NCBI GenBank assembly: GCA_039714835.1
Contig: JBDLIN010000001.1
Span: 1-58,379 of the forward strand
Source of the DNA: Bacteroidota bacterium
GTDB lineage: Bacteria > Bacteroidota > Ignavibacteria > Ignavibacteriales > Melioribacteraceae
DNA: 58,379 bases
Reading direction: 5' to 3'
The notes beneath the pieces were generated by a model, which saw only the letters and a list, made by a program, of their open reading frames with translations, was not told where the DNA came from and did no database searches. Position numbers and translations under genes: made by a program. Each line of letters begins with the position of its first letter. Position 1 is the first letter of the stretch. Of the stretch, positions 54,012 to 58,379 are shown in pieces.

Positions 54012-56837
54012 TTAATTAAAGATTACCGAAAATCCGAGTCTAATTTCTCTAGGTCGACTTACTCTGTCTGGCCTTGCATAATAATTATCAATTGCACTCA
54101 TATCAAAAAGTCCAGGATCACTTTCTATTCTTCCTCTGATATCATCATAAATAGAAGCATCTGTTTCTTCTAAAACTGATGTAAGAGCACGACCACTGCT
54201 AGCCCATACAGATAGTTCATTTTGAAAATCAAGTACATTAGCTACCCATAAAAACAGAGACCATTTAAAATCTCCGGTTCTAAAAAACTTTTCAAATTTA
54301 AAATCTAAGGTGTTTTGAGTTAATTGATTACTCTCATTCTGAATAAATATTCTTGTACTAATGCTTGGCGGATAATTAGGTGTATAAGGTTTACCAGACT
54401 GTAGATTGTATATCAATCCAAGAGTCCAATTTTCATGCTTATATAAACCAAAGCTAATATTTATAACATGAGACCTATTAAAACTCATTGGAACTAAATA
54501 TGTTTCTGTTTGTTTTCCAGATGCTTCACTAAAAAACATCCAGTCAGCAGGTTCAGTTCTGTTGCCTTCAGCAATCTGATATGTATAATCCATTGTTGCA
54601 TAGAACATATCTTCCGGAGCTCTTCTTCTCTCTAGTCTGAAAGAGACACCGCGGACGTTAGAATAAGCAAGGTTAGTAAGGACACTATATTCTCTAGTAC
54701 CAGACAAAGTTTTTACAGTTTGAAATTGAATATAGTCTCTAACATCTTTATAATAACCGGTCAACTCCATCTTTAAATTCGGCATTAATTGGTGCTGCAA
54801 ACCAAGTTCATACTGAACAGAACGCTGCATTTCTACATTAGGATTACCAAATGTAGGAACACTACCAACATTTGTCACAAAGAATTCCGGATTACGATAT
54901 AAGCTTGATAAACTACCATTTTGATAGAAGTGCCCATATGAGAATCGAATGACTGACTCAGCAGTTATCGGATAAGATATTGACAAACGTGGAGATAAGT
55001 AATGTTTAGCTGTTGCATCCTTTAAGCTATCACTCATTTTACCACTTCCTAGATCCTCAAGATTACCTGACATATCCGAATTGTACTGTGCTTTTGGATC
55101 AAAATATTCATACCTTAATCCAACATTAAAAATAAATCTTTTTGCCAATTCCATTTTATCTACTATGTAAACGGCAGCATCTACAGGATCCTTATCATAT
55201 TCTGTAAGCAATGCCAAGGATGTTGGTTTTCTTCGTATTAATTCCTGATATGGATCATTAATCATATCTGCATTACTGATCTTAGAGCCGTTTGCTTTTA
55301 ATATCTCAACATTGTAACTCTCTAATTCCAGGTTATGCTGTCTACCTTCAAATCCAAATTTTAGCTCATGATTTCCCATTTGAGCAACAAGATCACCTTT
55401 TACAGTCATTGTAGTTGTTTTTCTATCACTTCTATATCGATGAGTTCCACCTGCCACAAATCCAGTGTTACTAATTCCTAATTCATATATAGAGGGCAGA
55501 TAGTTTGTATCACCTTCATCTTCATATAAATAATATTTTACTTGGTTATAACCATGCGAAGCTTTTAAAGTATAAAAAACATTTTGACTAACAGTGTGGG
55601 TAAAGTCTATTGTCTGAACTAATCCATCTTGGTAATTTGTGCCTCGACCGTCAGGATTATACTGCCATGCAAAGTTATAATTTTTCCAATCCCCTTTATT
55701 AAAAACAGCTTCATATTTAAGTTTCATAAGAGTAGTGATGTTGAAACTTACGTTACCTTGTAAGTTAAGACTTGTTGAGGGATTCATTGCCACATATTCA
55801 CCATCTCCGGTTGGTAATCCAGTAGAATCAGTTACGCTATACGGATTAAACCAATATGGTTTATCAGGGCTTTCCTTTCGGTAATCACCCGATGCAAATG
55901 CCTCACGACTAAGATAGGAGTCAGTAGTGTTATATAAGCGTTTCCCATAATAAAGTCCACCGTAATTTTCGTAAACACCAGAAACAAAGAATTTTAATGA
56001 TTGAAAGATAAGTGGGCCACCAATAGTTGCTTCTAACCTTCCCCTATTTAGGGGATCAATCTCATCAATATTTTCAAAAAGCTCAGTTCTGCTTGTTACA
56101 TAATCACCGGCGTAGCCCCTTAAACTGAATGAGAGTTTATTCCCACCTTCTTTAGTTACATAATTTACAAGACCGGAAAGAGCGTTACCATACTCAGCAC
56201 TAAAAGTTCCACTAGATACGGAAACCTCTTGTACAGCATTTGTGGCAAGACCAACTGACTTTTTATTATTATAAGGATCGTTCAACGAAACACCATTAAG
56301 AGTGTAGGAAGTTTCATTACCAAAACCACCGCGCATATGAATTGCGCCATCATCACCAACAGTTACACCCGCTTGGAGCTTTATTACATCACTAATTTGA
56401 TCAACAGGTAATTCTTGTATTGTTTCAGCGTTAATTGCAACTGTAGGATTTGTTAAGTCCTGTCGAATAAGCGGGTCTCTCACACCCTGAACAACAACCG
56501 CTTCCATAGTTACTGAGCCGCTGCTCAATTCAAATTCAATACGTGTTGTAAAATCAACATTCACCCTTGTATCAGTAATGGTAACTTTTTGATACCCCAC
56601 TACAGAAGCGGTAATTGAATATACTCCCGGAGGGACATTCAAAATTGTAAAGTTACCATCAATATCTGTAGCAGCACCCATCGAGGTACCATCAATAAAA
56701 ACATTGGCAAATGGCAAAGGTTCTCCGGTCTCTTTATCTTTAACCAATCCGGCTATTTTACCAGTACTTCCGGCAAATATTTGTAATGTTAGAAAGGCGA
56801 GCGAAAAGATAAGAGACAATAGTAAACGTTTTCTCAT
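54012..56837 (-). CDS. TonB-dependent outer-membrane receptor with N-terminal CarboxypepD_reg-like domain, copy 2
   Basis: GKIAGLVKDKETGEPLPFANV...TDIDGNF, plug, barrel, C-terminal REIRLGFSVIFN. Paralog of 33249..35969. Confidence 0.85.
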   Translation of the reverse strand: MRKRLLLSLIFSLAFLTLQIFAGSTGKIAGLVKDKETGEPLPFANVFIDGTSMGAATDIDGNFTILNVPPGVYSITASVVGYQKVTITDTRVNVDFTTRIEFELSSGSVTMEAVVVQGVRDPLIRQDLTNPTVAINAETIQELPVDQISDVIKLQAGVTVGDDGAIHMRGGFGNETSYTLNGVSLNDPYNNKKSVGLATNAVQEVSVSSGTFSAEYGNALSGLVNYVTKEGGNKLSFSLRGYAGDYVTSRTELFENIDEIDPLNRGRLEATIGGPLIFQSLKFFVSGVYENYGGLYYGKRLYNTTDSYLSREAFASGDYRKESPDKPYWFNPYSVTDSTGLPTGDGEYVAMNPSTSLNLQGNVSFNITTLMKLKYEAVFNKGDWKNYNFAWQYNPDGRGTNYQDGLVQTIDFTHTVSQNVFYTLKASHGYNQVKYYLYEDEGDTNYLPSIYELGISNTGFVAGGTHRYRSDRKTTTMTVKGDLVAQMGNHELKFGFEGRQHNLELESYNVEILKANGSKISNADMINDPYQELIRRKPTSLALLTEYDKDPVDAAVYIVDKMELAKRFIFNVGLRYEYFDPKAQYNSDMSGNLEDLGSGKMSDSLKDATAKHYLSPRLSISYPITAESVIRFSYGHFYQNGSLSSLYRNPEFFVTNVGSVPTFGNPNVEMQRSVQYELGLQHQLMPNLKMELTGYYKDVRDYIQFQTVKTLSGTREYSVLTNLAYSNVRGVSFRLERRRAPEDMFYATMDYTYQIAEGNRTEPADWMFFSEASGKQTETYLVPMSFNRSHVINISFGLYKHENWTLGLIYNLQSGKPYTPNYPPSISTRIFIQNESNQLTQNTLDFKFEKFFRTGDFKWSLFLWVANVLDFQNELSVWASSGRALTSVLEETDASIYDDIRGRIESDPGLFDMSAIDNYYARPDRVSRPREIRLGFSVIFN

Positions 56838-57117
56838 AAAGAGTGTCCCTTGTTTGTTTTAAGTTTTAAATGAATCGTCATTTTGCTAATCCATTTTTGT
56901 ATGTGTTAAAGATAGTATAACAATTAGAAACTTGCAATAGATATGCTGATTATTTTTGAGAATAAAACAAATGTTGAATATTTATTCAGTTACGGATAGC
57001 ACGTCTTAATATGATATGCTCCAATTAATTAATCGATAATTAGTTTTTCAAATCAATCTTTTATAATTTTGCATCAAGTTAATCACCTTGATAGTGGAGG
57101 AAATTGTGTCAGTATTG

Positions 57118-58379
57118 ATGGTAAGTGTTTCAGGAATACGAGGAATAGTAGGAAATGGTTTGGATCCTCAAACAATTGTTAAATATACTTCTGCATATGC
57201 ACAATTTTGCGGAAAGGGTAAAATCGTTATTGGCAGTGATGGACGGATAACGGGCACCATGGTTAAAAATATTATTGTAGGCACATTAATCGCTAAAGGT
57301 AATGATGTCATAGATATTGGAATATGCCCAACACCCACAGTACTTTATAATGTTACAAAACTAGGTGCAGTTGGCGGCATACAAATCTCTGCAAGTCATA
57401 ATCCAAATGAGTGGAATGCACTAAAACTATTAAATAATAAGGGCGAGTTCATGACGCTCGATGAAAATAAGGAAATGTTAAACTATATAACTGGAGATAA
57501 GTTTACATATGAACCGTGGGATAAGTTGGGGAAAGCAACCGACTATTCGGATGGACTTATCAATCATATGAAAGGAGTATTGAGTTTATCCGAAATTGAT
57601 ATTGAATCTATCAGAAAAAGAAATTTTAAAGTTTTACTTGATTGCGTTAATGGTGCTGGTTCATATATTATGCCTCAGCTACTTGAGGAATTCGGCTGTG
57701 AAGTAATTAAAATAAATTGTGATAAATCCGGAGTGTTTCCTCGTCTGCCTGAACCGATACCTGAAAACCTGACTGAAACAATGGAGGCTGTAAAAGAACA
57801 TGGAGCTGATCTTGGTGTTGTTGTTGATCCAGATGTTGATAGACTGGTTCTGATCACAGATGAAGGTAAACCTTTAGGTGAAGAATATACGATTACTCAA
57901 GCAGTAAGATTTGTTCTCTCAAAATCTACAGGAAATGTAGCAGTTAATCTCTCCACAACCCGTGCAGTAGATGATATTGCAGCTTCATACGGATGTAGGG
58001 TCTATCGCTCTCCTGTTGGTGAAGCAAATGTTGTCGTTACAATGAAAGAAGTTAATGCAGTTATTGGCGGTGAAGGAAGCGGTGGTGTTATTTTCCCAGC
58101 ATTGCACTATGGGCGGGACGCACTGGTTGGTACAGCCATTATTCTTCAGCACCTCGTTGATTTCGGAGGAACAATTTCAGAATTGAAAAAAGAATTACCT
58201 GAATATCAAATTGCAAAAAGCAAAATTGATATTTCAGGTAAGAATCCTGATGAAGTAATAAATACTTTGATTGAGAAATATTCAAATAACAAAATCAATA
58301 CAGATGATGGATTAAGAATTGATTTTCCAGATCACTGGGTACACTTAAGAAAATCTAATACAGAACCCATTATTAGATG
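57118..58379 (+). CDS. phosphohexomutase family enzyme (phosphoglucosamine/phosphomannomutase-like), 3'-truncated by the window end
   Basis: Not in the ORF track because the frame is still open at the window edge. My own translation gives VSGIRGIVG, active-site SASHNP, Mg site DPDVDR, GEGSGG sugar loop and RKSNTEP. GGAGG at 57096; alternative GTG start at 57106. Confidence 0.85.
   Translation, partial: MVSVSGIRGIVGNGLDPQTIVKYTSAYAQFCGKGKIVIGSDGRITGTMVKNIIVGTLIAKGNDVIDIGICPTPTVLYNVTKLGAVGGIQISASHNPNEWNALKLLNNKGEFMTLDENKEMLNYITGDKFTYEPWDKLGKATDYSDGLINHMKGVLSLSEIDIESIRKRNFKVLLDCVNGAGSYIMPQLLEEFGCEVIKINCDKSGVFPRLPEPIPENLTETMEAVKEHGADLGVVVDPDVDRLVLITDEGKPLGEEYTITQAVRFVLSKSTGNVAVNLSTTRAVDDIAASYGCRVYRSPVGEANVVVTMKEVNAVIGGEGSGGVIFPALHYGRDALVGTAIILQHLVDFGGTISELKKELPEYQIAKSKIDISGKNPDEVINTLIEKYSNNKINTDDGLRIDFPDHWVHLRKSNTEPIIR

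Noticed and set aside
56933-56948. Sigma-54-like element CAGCAT-ATCTA-TTGCA (minus strand), ~95 nt upstream of the second TonB-dependent receptor gene.
   Set aside because: The nearly invariant -24 GG is AG here. The spacing and TTGCA are right, but that is not enough in AT-rich DNA. Kept only as a note for a PWM scan.
1-58379. Search for CRISPR arrays, tRNA/rRNA genes, transposases, integrases, reverse transcriptases or known defence-system hallmarks.
   Set aside because: None found by eye. The only toxin-antitoxin or defence-like element is the vapBC pair. All ORF-free gaps are under 400 bp and lack tRNA-like GC-rich cloverleaf arms or regular spacer-repeat periodicity.

Overview
AT-rich (roughly one-third G+C by eye) bacterial chromosome segment, transcribed almost entirely from the minus strand. 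The gene content suggests an FCB-group, Ignavibacteriota-like organism (inference only): T9SS-type C-terminal sorting domains, PorV-like barrels, CarboxypepD_reg-type TonB-dependent receptors, a fused E1 alpha/beta subunit and a sigma-54 activator.

Main blocks:
1. 727..16906: one co-directional ~16-kb cluster. It encodes a group-3c-type [NiFe] hydrogenase (MvhADG-like), heterodisulfide-reductase-like HdrABC, a maturation protease, a NicO/RcnA-type Ni transporter and the full hypABFCDE set. HdrA is 1136 aa and has a GltD/NfnB-like NAD(P)H module nested inside it. A sigma-54-type -24/-12 element with upstream repeats precedes the cluster.
2. 17060..36859: an RpiR/MurR-headed locus. It contains a TonB-dependent receptor, a 1072-aa secreted protein and a PorV-like barrel. 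It also contains two proteins with canonical T9SS tails, two S12 (beta-lactamase-fold) hydrolases, a dipeptide epimerase, an alpha-oxoamine synthase, a DUF819-like membrane protein, L-serine dehydratase and a C1 peptidase.
3. 37234..42630: a sigma-54 activator with no sensory domain, lipA, a Zn-ribbon/LemA/M48 trio, and a vapBC cassette flanked by a duplicated 3' end of the neighbouring E2 gene.
4. 42631..49132: a 2-oxoacid dehydrogenase operon (lpd, lipB, fused E1, E2) plus nth.
5. 49296..56837: a second paralogous receptor / giant protein / PorV-like triad.
6. 57118..58379: a partial phosphohexomutase gene on the plus strand.

Several intergenic gaps carry short structured repeat families. 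Two of these elements have visibly remodelled gene ends (hypD start; E2 3' end). I saw no rRNA, tRNA, CRISPR array, transposase or integrase.
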